Shown here: one piece after another, positions 27,906-37,808 of the stretch | How positions within the stretch are numbered: the first letter of the stretch is position 1 | How the letters are laid out: each line of letters starts with the position of its first letter | NCBI GenBank assembly: GCA_963727455.1 | Contig: CAVSGG010000009.1 | Location: forward strand, 32,001 to 96,000 | Length of the DNA: 64,000 nt | DNA from: Candidatus Krumholzibacteriota bacterium | GTDB lineage: Bacteria > Krumholzibacteriota > Krumholzibacteriia > JAJRXK01 | Reading direction: 5' to 3' | The notes under the pieces: generated by a model | The model's database searches: none | What the model was told of the DNA's origin: nothing | Seen by the model: the letters and a program-made list of their open reading frames with translations, nothing else | Made by a program: the position numbers and the translations under genes

Positions 27906-30809
27906 TCAGCTACAACCGCTCGTCGATCCGCAGTTGATGCAGCGATAGCAGCTGCCATTGCGCACCATCACCGAGCCACACTCCGCGCACGGCGGTGCAT
28001 CGCTCTGCAACTCGAAGACGACTTTCTCGTTGGCCAGCACGGTGGCGGCGCGAATCCTCTTTTTCTCGCTGCCGTTGCCGTTGCCATGAGTCTTGGCGCT
28101 TTCGCTGGCGCTGTTCGTCTCGCCCGCGCCACCCAGCTCGGCCGCATTGCCCAATGCGCCCGCAGCGCCCAACGCGCTCGCGCCTCCCAAATCGCCGGCA
28201 TCGCCCAGCTCGTTCGCGTTCAGCTCGGACATCGCCAGCGGTTCGCTCGGATCGATCCCGGGAAGTTGAACGACGGGGGTCTGAACCTTCCCCCCCTCGA
28301 ACTTCAGCGCCAGCCAGCGGAAGATGTAATCCATCAAACTCTTGGCGTGGGGAACTTCCGGGTTGTTGGTGAAGCCGCTGGGCTCGAAACGGCTGTGACT
28401 GAACTTGTTCACCATCACGTGCAGCGGCACTCCGTACTGCAACATGATGCTCACCGCGGTAGCGAAGGCGTCCATGAGACCCGAGATGACCGAGCCCTCC
28501 TTCGCCATGCGCACGAAGAGCTCACCCGGCCGGCCGTCTTCGAAGAGACCGACGGTGATGTAACCCTCGTGCCCGCCGATGGAGAACTTGTGGGTCAGGG
28601 CCGGACGTTCGTCGGGCAGGTGGCGGCGCAGCGGCGCGTACTCGGGCTTCGCCTCCTGCTTCGTCACCACCGTCGCCTTCTTCTGCCCCGTGTTGAGCGG
28701 CTGCAGACGCTTGGAGCCGTCGCGATACACCGCAATGGCCTTGAGTCCCATGTGCCAGGCCTCGATGTAACAATTCGTGATGTCCTCCACCGTGCAGTTC
28801 TCGGGCAGGTTCACCGTCTTGGAGATCGCGCCCGAGAGGAAGGGCTGCACCGCGCCCATCATGCGTACGTGTCCCATGTGGTGAATGGATCGCTGGCCGT
28901 TGACCGCCTTGAAGGCGCAGTCGAAGACCGCGAGGTGCTCGTCCTTCAATCCGGGTGCGCCCTCGATCGTCTCGTGCTCGTCGATGTAGGCCACGATCGC
29001 CTTGCTCTCGTTCTTGGAGTAGCCCAGACGCGCCAGAGCCTCCGGGACGGTGCGGTTGACGATCTTGAGCATGCCGCCGCCCACCAGCTTCTTGTATTTC
29101 ACCAGCGCGATGTCGGGTTCGACGCCCGTGGTGTCGCAGTCCATCATGAACGCGATGGTTCCCGTCGGAGCCAGCACCGTGACCTGAGCATTCCGAAAGC
29201 CCTCACGTTCACCCAGCTCGTAGGCCTCACGCCAAGAATCGCGCGCCGCCTGCATCATCTCTGCGGGCACTGCGCTCTCGTCGATCTTTCCACCGCGGCG
29301 CGGTGCTTCTCGATCACCTCGAGCATGGGTTCGCGGTTCTCCGCATAGCCCGGGAAGGGTCCCAGGCTGCCGGAGATCGCCGCGCTCTGCCGGTAAGCGC
29401 GACCGGTGAGAAGGGCGGTGATCGAAGCGGCGTAGTTGCGGCCCTCGTCGCTGTCGTAGGGAACTCCCCGGCTCATGAGCAGCGCACCCAGGTTCGCGTA
29501 TCCCAGACCGAGGGTACGGTACTCATGGCTCCGCTCCGCGATGAGCGGCTTGGGATAGCTTGCGTTGTCGACGATGATCTCCTGGGCCAGGATCGTGAGA
29601 TCGACCGCGTGCTCAAAGGCCTCGACGTCGAATTCGCCGCGCTCGTCGCGGTATTTCAGAAGATTCAACGAAGCGAGATTGCAGGCGGTATCGTCGAGGA
29701 ACATGTATTCGCTGCAGGGATTGCTGGCGTGGATGCGATCGCTGTTCTTGCAGGTGTGCCAATCGTTGATCGTCGTGTCGAATTGCATCCCCGGATCACC
29801 GCAGACGTGCGCGCTCTCGGAAATCATGCGCATGAGATCGCGCGCGCGATAGGTGTCCATCGACCCGTCCGTCCCGCACGGCGTGCGTCGTCCACTCGCC
29901 GTCCTCGACCACGGCCTTCATGAATTCGTCGCTGACCCGGACCGAGTTGTTGCCGTTCTGGAAGTACACCGAGTTGTAGGCGGTTCCCGAGAAGGAACCG
30001 TCGTAGCCGGCGTCGATCAGCGCCCAGGCCTTGCGCTCTTCCTCCACCTTGCAGTTGATGAAATCGACGATGTCGGGATGGTCGGCGTTCAGGATGACCA
30101 TCTTCGCGCTGCGCCGGGTCTTGCCGCCGCTCTTGATGACGCCCGCGAAGGCATCGTAGCCCTTCATGAAACTCACCGGCCCGGAGGCCACTCCTCCGGT
30201 GGAAAGGCCTTCGCGAGAGGAACGCAGAGGAGAGAGGTTGCTGCCGGTCCCCGAGCCCCACTTGAAGAGCATGCCCTCGGTCTTGGCCAGCTCCATGATC
30301 GAGTCCATGCTGTCGTCGACCGAGTTGATGAAGCAGGCCGAACACTGCGGCTTGGTCTCCACCCCCATGTTGAACCAGACCGGACTGTTGAAGCTCATCA
30401 TCTGGTAGACCAGCATGTGGGTGAGGTCGTCGCGGAAGGCATCACGATCGTCGTCGCTCGCGAAGTACCCCCCTTCGCTACCCCAGCGCACGAGGGTGTC
30501 CACCACGCGCATGATGATCTGCCGCACGCTGCTCTCGCGGCCGGGCTCTCCTACCGTACCCCGGAAATACTTGGAGACCACGACGTTGGTGGCCAGCTGC
30601 GTCCACGCGGCCGGCACTTCCACATCCTTCTGCTCGAAGAGCACTTCGCCCTTGTCGTCGGTGATCGTCGCGGTTCGCAGTTCCCAATCCAGTGTGTCGA
30701 AGGGATGCACCCCCGGCTGCGTGAAGCGGCGCTCCACGCGGATCCCCTTGCGTACTGCTCGTCCCTTTTTGCTCCGCCCGACTGCGAGCTTGGTTTCCTG
30801 CGACGCCAT
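27906..30809 (-). CDS. nrdJ: Class II (adenosylcobalamin-dependent) ribonucleotide reductase with C-terminal TSCPD domain and Zn ribbon; two frameshifts (~29862, ~29288)
   Basis: FNSPVWFN, QCSACFI, GPVSFM, NPCSEY, ACNLAS, APTGTIA, AISKTVN, YRDGSK, terminal CAECG..CYRCINCGSTSGCS across three ORF pieces. Confidence 0.9.
28125..28215 (-). repeat. Degenerate 18-bp in-frame tandem repeat in the nrdJ linker
   Basis: LGDAGD LGGASA LGAAGA LGNAAE LGGAGE. Confidence 0.55.
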
Positions 30810-30945
30810 AAGCTCATCCTCTCCTCGTCCATGAGTTGACTTATTCTTTTTTTGCGACGGAATCCCTGGTGGGTTCCGGCGGCGTTCCGGACTGGGGCAA
30901 AGGTCTAAGACCCTGGGAATTCTAAAGATGCGATGACGGGCGCCA

Positions 30946-30993
30946 ACACAAGATCTAGTGCCCTGAGGCGCAACGTACCACAAGACCTTGGGT
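30946..30993. promoter_or_regulatory. Tandem NrdR boxes
   Basis: ACACAAGATCTAGTGC (30946-30961) and CCACAAGACCTTGGGT (30978-30993) match acaCwAtATaTwGtgt, 32 bp apart, upstream of nrdJ. Confidence 0.8.
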
Positions 30994-31032
30994 CGTCAAC
31001 GGCAAATCTACGATCGAGGAAATTGGGCTGAT

Positions 31033-31476
31033 TTAGGCCCGTTTTGGCATCTGCACGAGCTCGGTAAGGACCTCCAGGACCACCCCGCGAACATCTTCAC
31101 GCGTTAAGTTGAAGATTTTCATGCGTTCTTCACGGCCGCCCTCGGCGCCGGCCGGGTCGAGCACGGGATGATGCTCCAGGCGGAGCTCCGGGTAGCGCCG
31201 GTGCAGCTGGCCGAAGGCGCGGTCACTGAGGGTGACGATGCGATCGAAAGTGTTGAGATCGAATTCGGCTACCGTCTTGCTGCGCTGGCCGCTGATGTCG
31301 ATGCCCACTTCCGCCATGGAGGCCACGGTGTCGGAAAAGAGCCCGGCCGCCATCAGGCCTGCGCTCTCCACTTCCAATCCGGGGAAGGCCAGCTCGCGCG
31401 CGAAGCCCTCGGCCATCTGACTGCGGCAAGCGTTCGCATAGCAGACGAAGAGAAGGCGTTTGCGAGGTGGATTCAT
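31033..31476 (-). CDS. Low-molecular-weight PTPase / thioredoxin-type arsenate reductase family
   Basis: LFVCYANACRSQMAEG P-loop (CX5R), ESAG, GIDIS.QRSK, DP. Confidence 0.85.
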   Translation of the reverse strand: MNPPRKRLLFVCYANACRSQMAEGFARELAFPGLEVESAGLMAAGLFSDTVASMAEVGIDISGQRSKTVAEFDLNTFDRIVTLSDRAFGQLHRRYPELRLEHHPVLDPAGAEGGREERMKIFNLTREDVRGVVLEVLTELVQMPKRA

Positions 31477-31540
31477 GGATCCTTGAAACTCCGCGAGTCC
31501 GCGGGTCAGAATTCAGGAGTGAGCCCCATGAAGCCGGAGC

Positions 31541-34192
31541 TCAGAACTCGGGGCCGAGCTGCACGAAGATAGTGCCAACGCGCCTTTCAGCCACCGCCCA
31601 GCACACACGAAACGGTCCCAAGGGAGTCTTCCACGCGAGATGGGTCCCCACTCCCGCCAGAGGAGAGGCGTGGCTCAGGCTCAGCTCGTCCCGCCAGCCG
31701 ACGGCAGCGGCAACCCCGCAGCGCAGAGTCGCGGCCAGCTGCCAATCCAGACCCCCGCGCAACCAAAGTAGACGAGAGGCGAGAATCTCCTCGCGCCTGA
31801 GGCCAAGCCAGCCGAAGGGTCCGCCGGCCCGTCCTTGCAAGCCGACAGCACGGCGGGGCGAGCCCTGCACGAATCCCAGCGCAGCCGTGGGGCGCATTCG
31901 TACCGGGCCCTTGGCCTCGGCGACCGCGCCCCCTTCCAGCCGCCAAAATCCCAGATCCCCCCATTCAGGAACTGCGCGCTGGTAGCACAGGCGAAAACCG
32001 GGTCCGCGCGAGTGAATCAGGCCAGCGTCGCCACCGCTCTGCAGCTCAGCCGTGAATCCAGTCAGAGTTTGCGGTCCCTGGGCTTCATTGAGAGCGAGCC
32101 GGCTCTCCCGATAGCTCAGAAGCCGGCGCGTCTGGAGTCCGACACGAAGTCCGATTCCAGGATGGCGCATGTGGAAGCCCAGCTGCAGGCCCAGCCCCTG
32201 CTCTTGAATCACCAATCGGTCCACGCGCGTCCCGCGCTGGTAGAGCCAGGGCCGGTCGCGCGCCCAGTCCAGGCTGGTCGTCAGGGAGAATTGTCCGCCG
32301 GGAGGGATACCCTGCTGCAGACGGAACGAGCCCGCCGCCTTGCGTTCGCTGTAGCGATAGCTGAGAGCGGCCTCACCCCCGCCCAGCGGCAGACGCGCCT
32401 GGTGGAGTCGGGCCAGGATGGCGGCGTCATCGTCGGTGATCACGTGGCCCGCGAGTTCCAGACGAGGCCTGTGGCGCAACTCGAGATGGGGCCGCAGCTG
32501 CACCGCGGTGGGCGAGCTGTCAGGCGCGGCGGCAGACGCGGCGGCAGACGTGGTGCCCGGCGCAGCGCCCGGCGCGGCGGCAGGCGCGACGGCAGACGTG
32601 GTGCCAGGCGCAGCGGCAGTCGCGGCGGACGCGTGGCCCCCAACGCGCTCGACATCGATCCAGGCGCTCTGGACCGCGGGACTGTGTTCGAGGGAGTTGA
32701 AGCGCCGGTAGACTTCGCGCAGCGGCAATTCATCGCCCACTTCGATCCCCAGCCGGCGACGCAGTTCCGCCACGCCGATGCCATCACCATCTGCGAGCTC
32801 CAGATCGTCCACTCGAATCCGCGGCCCCGTTTCGGCAATGCTTGGGCGCGATTCAACTCGCTGCGCGGGACCGACTTGCTGCTCGTCGTCAACTCGCTGC
32901 GCGGCGCTGACTCGCTGCGCGGGACCGACTTGCTGCTCGTCGTCAACTCGCTGCGCGGCGCTGGTAGGGGAAGACTGGGAGTTGGCAGAATGCCGCGCCG
33001 GATTCCGCAGGCTGCGCAGGGTATCCCGGCGCTGCGCGGCGAAGTCGTACCCGGTGCGGACGATTTCCTCGATTCGTCCAAAGTTCAAGCTCCTGTAGTT
33101 CTGCAACGGAATGTGCAGAACGACTTCCCCCGGCGCCGGCTCCACCAGATTACTCGGGTACTCCTGCAGCTCCATCGTGCGAATCCACATCTGGTACAGA
33201 TCTCCCGGACTCTTTCGATCTGGCAGCTGAGTGTTGCTGACGTCGATCACGAGGGAGTGGCGAAAGCCCAGGGCGCGCGCGAGTTCCACCGGATTGTTGA
33301 TCCTGAACCCGCCATCGACGAGCTCGCGGCCCTTCATGTGGATCGGTGGCAAGAGCAAGGGAATCGTCCCGCTGGCCTGCACCGCGCGCGCCAGTGAACC
33401 GCTGCGCAGAACCACGATCTGTGCGCTATTCAAGTCCACCGCCACCGCACGGAAGGGAATGGGAAGCCGATCGAAATCGTTATCGGCATAGAGAAGAGCA
33501 TCCGCGCTGAGCGATCCAATGAGTTGGGTGATCTTCCGCCCTCCCGATAGATTCCGCGGGGGAAGCGGCGGGAGGCGATCGAGCAAGAGGCTGAGCTGCG
33601 CCTCGGGCAGCTCGCGCCATCCTCCTTGAAGCTGTGCGGGAGCGAGCCGAGCATCGCTGAACAGCGAAAACCAGTCCTGCGATCGCACCATTTCATCGAG
33701 CTGGTCCGCCGTGTAGCCACAGGCGTAGAGCGCCCCCAGTACCGCCCCCATGCTACAGCCAACGATGAGCCCGGGGCGCAGGCCTTCCTCCTCCAGCACC
33801 TGCAGGACCCCGATCTCGGCGAAGCCGCGTGCTCCTCCTCCACCCAGAACGAGCGCGAAGGAGGTCGTGTCCGCCCTCGTCCAGTCGTGGATGGCCGCGA
33901 TCTCCGCGTGGACGGAAGCCGGCCCCGGAGCGCACAGGAGTACGGGGGGGCTTGAATCTTCGGAGGTACTGGAGGCGGAGGGGGAACTGGAGGCGGAGGG
34001 GGTGCTGGAGGCGGAGGGGGTACTGGAGCTCTGGGCGGCCGCCGGCGCGGCATGAGCCGAGGGAGAGATCGCCGCGCTGAACAAGACCGAAAGACAGATC
34101 GTCACGCTGAACAAGACCGACCCCAAGATCCGGCCGCGCGAACGGCTCCCCGCTCGGCCGGCACTCCTGAGATCACAAACCAGTTCGGGCAT
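31541..34192 (-). CDS. Patatin-like phospholipase with POTRA and Omp85-like barrel (PlpD / type Vd-like)
   Basis: LVLGGGGARG, GCSMG, VDGG, POTRA-like RRRLGIEVGDEL, C-terminal TPLGPFR...FVQLGPEF. Confidence 0.82.
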   Translation of the reverse strand: MPELVCDLRSAGRAGSRSRGRILGSVLFSVTICLSVLFSAAISPSAHAAPAAAQSSSTPSASSTPSASSSPSASSTSEDSSPPVLLCAPGPASVHAEIAAIHDWTRADTTSFALVLGGGGARGFAEIGVLQVLEEEGLRPGLIVGCSMGAVLGALYACGYTADQLDEMVRSQDWFSLFSDARLAPAQLQGGWRELPEAQLSLLLDRLPPLPPRNLSGGRKITQLIGSLSADALLYADNDFDRLPIPFRAVAVDLNSAQIVVLRSGSLARAVQASGTIPLLLPPIHMKGRELVDGGFRINNPVELARALGFRHSLVIDVSNTQLPDRKSPGDLYQMWIRTMELQEYPSNLVEPAPGEVVLHIPLQNYRSLNFGRIEEIVRTGYDFAAQRRDTLRSLRNPARHSANSQSSPTSAAQRVDDEQQVGPAQRVSAAQRVDDEQQVGPAQRVESRPSIAETGPRIRVDDLELADGDGIGVAELRRRLGIEVGDELPLREVYRRFNSLEHSPAVQSAWIDVERVGGHASAATAAAPGTTSAVAPAAAPGAAPGTTSAAASAAAPDSSPTAVQLRPHLELRHRPRLELAGHVITDDDAAILARLHQARLPLGGGEAALSYRYSERKAAGSFRLQQGIPPGGQFSLTTSLDWARDRPWLYQRGTRVDRLVIQEQGLGLQLGFHMRHPGIGLRVGLQTRRLLSYRESRLALNEAQGPQTLTGFTAELQSGGDAGLIHSRGPGFRLCYQRAVPEWGDLGFWRLEGGAVAEAKGPVRMRPTAALGFVQGSPRRAVGLQGRAGGPFGWLGLRREEILASRLLWLRGGLDWQLAATLRCGVAAAVGWRDELSLSHASPLAGVGTHLAWKTPLGPFRVCWAVAERRVGTIFVQLGPEF
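32856..32963. repeat. Perfect 54-bp in-frame tandem duplication inside the patatin gene
   Basis: ACTCGCTGCGCGGGACCGACTTGCTGCTCGTCGTCAACTCGCTGCGCGGCGCTG at 32856 and 32910 (SAAQRVDDEQQVGPAQRV x2). Confidence 0.9.
33967..34028. repeat. 18-bp tandem repeat (SSTPSA-like x3.5) in the patatin N-terminal linker
   Basis: nnCTGGAGGCGGAGGGGG units at 33967, 33985 and 34003, partial at 34021. Confidence 0.85.
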
Positions 34193-34200
34193 TCGGTGCC

Positions 34201-35039
34201 TTAGGCCGGTCCTTGTCGGAGCAAGCGCTCGAGACGCCGGCGGATTTGCTCGGCGTCACTCGCCTCGGGCCGCATGGTGAGGTAATCTTCCAGGTCGGCA
34301 ATGGCGGCCATGCGCAGACCGCTCAGGCCGTACAGGATGCCCGATCCCGCCGCTCCTCGGCCGACTCGGGATGGAGCAGGACGATGCGCTCCACCACCGA
34401 GAGGGTGCGCGAGACATCGCGGCGGCGCGCGTAGAGCAGCTTCAAGTTGGAGAGCAGACGAATCATGACGCGGCGCGAACTCATGCGTCGCAGATGTTGT
34501 TCCTCCAGGATCACATCCTTGGAGCGCGCCCGCTGCCTGAGTCTTCCCTGCAACTCTTGCCGCAGGAGCACGCGACCTTTGTGAAATGGATCCAGATACA
34601 AACTGCCGCCATCCGGATCGTCGTGCGCCAGGAGAAAATGACCGGGAAAGTCGACTCCTGAAAGGATGACTCCCGTCGCGCGCCGCAGAACTTCCATGGT
34701 CAAGATGCCCAGGCTGATGGGAATGCCCTTCCGGCGGGAGAGCACCTTGTTCAGCATGGAGTTGTCCGGGTCGTCGTAGTGAGCCGCGTTGCCCGAAAAT
34801 CCCATCTCCACGAAAAGGAGTTGCTTGAGCGCATAGGCGATGTTGTGGAAACCCGAGCCGGCGTCGACGTGACAAGCGAGTTTGTCGGCGATGCGCTCGA
34901 CCTGATCGACGCACTCCTCGACAGAGAACTCCGGATACTCCTCTTGCGCGATCAGAAGAGAAGCTACGAGGAGATCGATTTCCGCTTCGTCACTCTTCAC
35001 CAGAGCGGTGAAGCGCTCCCGCGCGTGACTCTTGTACAT
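34201..35039 (-). CDS. SirB1/YchA family (transglutaminase-like core plus TPR); frameshift at ~34341
   Basis: GFSGNAAHYDDPDNSMLNKVLSRRKGIPISL, FPGHFL, LDPFHKG; C-terminal RDR|GILY...AIADLEDYL split at a GGG run. Confidence 0.85.
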
Positions 35040-35130
35040 GACGACCTCATGGCTCGGGGTCCTCAATCAATCATATACTGCCCACGCCCCCCTGACGACC
35101 CCGACTTGGGCCGAAAGGCGGAAGGCGTGC

Positions 35131-35159
35131 TTGCCGCCGCCGCAAACCCCCTCTAGGAT
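35131..35159 (+). promoter_or_regulatory. sigma70-like promoter, probably leaderless transcript
   Basis: TTGCCG-17 bp-TAGGAT ending 7 nt before ATG 35167; no Shine-Dalgarno sequence. Confidence 0.55.
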
Positions 35160-35166
35160 TGCGACT

Positions 35167-36993
35167 ATGGGAATTCGCTACGTAGATGGGAAGCGTTTTC
35201 GACGCGCGGTGATCGCGGGCGCCGAATGGGTGCGCCACATGCGCGAGCACCTCAACAAGATCAACGTCTTCCCCGTTCCCGACGGCGACACGGGCACGAA
35301 CATGGCCCTCAGCCTGTCCGCTTCGGCGGAAGCGGCCCAAAAGAGCGAGGACGACGATATCGCGCAGGCTTCGCAGGACATCGCCGAAGCCAGCATTCTC
35401 GGCGCGAAGGGCAACAGCGGCCTGATCATGGCCCACTGGTTCCTGGGATTTTCCAAAGCCCTCGGCAAGAAGGCACGGATCGGAGCCGAGGATCTGGCGC
35501 AAGCCTTGGGACGCGCCACCCTTCAGGTGTACGAAGCCATCGACAAGCCCAAGGAGGGAACGATCCTCACCGTGATGCGCGAGGGCAGCGACGCGGCGGC
35601 GCGCGCGGCCGAGAAGGGGCAGGACGTGGGCGGGATCATGGACGAATTCCTCGATGCCGCCCGTGCCGCTTTGAAACGAACCCCCGAAATGCTCGCCATC
35701 CTGAAGGAATCGAAAGTGGTGGATGCCGGCGGCCAGGGCTTCGTGCACTTCGTCGAAGGGGTCAAGCGCACTCTGGAAGGTGCGCCGCCACCGGTCGCGC
35801 GCGAGGAAGATCTGCACGCCGACACGGCGCACCTCGCGATCAGCGAGGGGGATTTGGACGGGCGCTACTGCACCGAGGTCGTGGTGCGGGGACGAAACTT
35901 CGATCCGAACTTGCTGAAGGCGCGCTTCCGCCATCTCGGATCGTCGATGCTCCTGGCGACGACCGGCGAAGTGTTCAAACTCCACATTCACACCGATCAT
36001 CCCGACGAGGTCTTCCACCTGGCACAGCGTTGGGGCAGCATCGAGGAACGCAAGGTCGACGACATGCTGCGCCAGAACGAGGAGCGGCAAACCCGCAAGC
36101 AGGAGCCACTGGTCCCCCTCGCTCAGCAACCCGCGAGCGTGGCCATCCTCTGCGATTCCACTTGTGATCTGGATGCCGAAACGCGGCGTATGCACGGAAT
36201 CGAGATGGCGCCGCTCTCGATTCTCTTCGGCGATGATGTCTACCGGGATCAGGTCGATCTGAGCACGGAACAGTTCTACCAGCAGTTGCAATCAAATCCA
36301 CACCATCCCACCACCAGTCAACCGCCACCGCGCGAGTTCGTGGACGCTCTAGAACGCGTCCGCAATGACCGTGAAGTCATCATCATCACCCTGGCCAAGA
36401 AGCTCTCGGGAACCTATCGCTCCGCGCTGAGTGCGGCCAAACTGGTGGATCATCCGCGGGTGGAGGTCTTCGACTCCAATTCCGCCAGCGTCACCCTTGG
36501 CATGCAGGTGATTTGCGCGGCGCGCCTCGCGCAGAAGGGGGCGAGCGTCGACGAGATTCTGGGCTGGCTGAAGCGATGGCGCGATCGCGGCGGGATTCTC
36601 TTTACCGTAGCCACCCTCGACTACCTCAAGCGGGGCGGCCGGATCGGCACCGCCGCGCATTTGATCGGCAGCCTCTTGCGCATGCGGCCCGTGCTCACCT
36701 TCGTCAACGGAGAGGTAAAGCCTCTCACCAAAGCGCGCGGCGACGACGAGGCCTTCGAGAAAGTACTGAGTTCGTTCAATGAAATCGTTCCCGCCGGCAA
36801 GAAGGTGCGGCTGGGAATCCTGGATTCGACGGGAAGTTCCCGGCTGGAGCAGGCAGAAGATCGAGTTCGCGGGCGCAACGAAGTCATCGAGATCTTCCGC
36901 GGAAACATTACCGGCGTCGTCGGTACGCACGTGGGGCCGGGCGCCTGGGGACTGTTCTATCAAATCGTGGAGGAGGATGATCCATTGCTTTAG
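35167..36993 (+). CDS. DAK2 (FakA-like) domain fused to a DegV (FakB-like) fatty-acid-binding domain
   Basis: INVFPVPDGDTGTNM, AKGNSG, EGTILTV, VVDAGGQG, HIHTD, then DSTCDL, PTTSQP, LSGTY, LDYLKRGGRIG, THVGPG. Confidence 0.92.
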   Translation: MGIRYVDGKRFRRAVIAGAEWVRHMREHLNKINVFPVPDGDTGTNMALSLSASAEAAQKSEDDDIAQASQDIAEASILGAKGNSGLIMAHWFLGFSKALGKKARIGAEDLAQALGRATLQVYEAIDKPKEGTILTVMREGSDAAARAAEKGQDVGGIMDEFLDAARAALKRTPEMLAILKESKVVDAGGQGFVHFVEGVKRTLEGAPPPVAREEDLHADTAHLAISEGDLDGRYCTEVVVRGRNFDPNLLKARFRHLGSSMLLATTGEVFKLHIHTDHPDEVFHLAQRWGSIEERKVDDMLRQNEERQTRKQEPLVPLAQQPASVAILCDSTCDLDAETRRMHGIEMAPLSILFGDDVYRDQVDLSTEQFYQQLQSNPHHPTTSQPPPREFVDALERVRNDREVIIITLAKKLSGTYRSALSAAKLVDHPRVEVFDSNSASVTLGMQVICAARLAQKGASVDEILGWLKRWRDRGGILFTVATLDYLKRGGRIGTAAHLIGSLLRMRPVLTFVNGEVKPLTKARGDDEAFEKVLSSFNEIVPAGKKVRLGILDSTGSSRLEQAEDRVRGRNEVIEIFRGNITGVVGTHVGPGAWGLFYQIVEEDDPLL

Positions 36994-37096
36994 ACTCGCC
37001 GAGACTGACCGGGCTCCCAGCTAGAGCTTGCGGTATCTCGCCGCGCCCGTGGCGTGGAGAATTCGCAAGGCACTCTGACGCAGGGAGTCTCTCGGG

Positions 37097-37573
37097 ATGA
37101 AACGAAGTCGTGCACCGGTCCCTCTTTGTCTCCGCATTATCCGCATTATCCGCATTCTCTGTATTCTCTGTATTCTCTGTATTCTCTCTCCCCTTCCCAC
37201 TTTCAGTACACCCACTGCCGGGGCCGGCCAAGATCTGCATGACATCGTCCTCGAGCGCGGCCAGGCACTCCATGCCATCGTCCTCGAGCCCGAGCTCGTC
37301 ATAGAAAGCGATGAGGACGAAAGTGAATTCCTGATCGGCCGCGTGAGCAGCGTGGTCGTGGACTCTCACGGGACGATCTACGTCGGAGACAGCCAACTGG
37401 TCTCGGTTCTGAAGTTCTCTGATTCAGGGGAGTATCTGGGAAAATTCGGCTCGGAGGGGCCGGGCCCCGGGGAAATCATGAAGCATTTCACGATGGGGAT
37501 CGATGACGATGATCGCCTGGCCTTCGCCGGGGTGGGCGGGAGGATCACCCGCTACCGCATGCGCCTCGAGTAG
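37097..37573 (+). pseudogene. Truncated 6-bladed beta-propeller/NHL-repeat secreted protein
   Basis: Signal-like N-terminus, VDSHGTIYVGD...VLKFSDSGEYLGKFGSEGPGPGE blade motif, then stops after ~2 blades beside the HNH element. Confidence 0.55.
37131..37184. repeat. 9-bp minisatellite (6 units) in the signal-peptide coding region
   Basis: TCCGCATTA x2, TCCGCATTC, TCTGTATTC x3. Confidence 0.9.
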
Positions 37574-37685
37574 AGAGCCAGGGAACACTGGCGCAGAACT
37601 GCAACAAGTTGTTTGTCTGGACGACCGCAAGGCAACCCTTCTCCTGTCCTACGGTGCAAGTTCTGCCCGCGCGGGCGGCCCGTTT

Positions 37686-37700
37686 TCTACCCGGGTACAC
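37686..37700. repeat. Palindromic motif TCTACCCGGGTACAC, copy downstream of the HNH gene
   Basis: Identical 15-mer to the copies at 39402 and 39526. Confidence 0.8.
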
Positions 37701-37723
37701 AGTGCGCGTCATCTTCCTCGGGA

Positions 37724-37808
37724 CCTCTCCCCTCTCGTGACTCTTCCCCTCCCGTGACCCTTCCCCACTCGTGTTTCCTCCTCTCTCGAGTCATCTCCCC
37801 TTTCGTGT
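37724..37808. repeat. Degenerate ~17-bp tandem repeat (5 units) overlapping the HNH stop codon
   Basis: CTCTCCCCTCTCGTGA / CTCTTCCCCTCCCGTGA / CCCTTCCCCACTCGTGT / TTCCTCCTCTCTCGAGT / CATCTCCCCTTTCGTGT. Confidence 0.65.

Noticed and set aside
27906-30809. Naturally split nrdJ, programmed frameshift or intein
   Set aside because: The pieces join seamlessly with single-base corrections (e.g. GAAAG to GAAAAG near 29288), there are no intein motifs, and similar indels occur throughout the window
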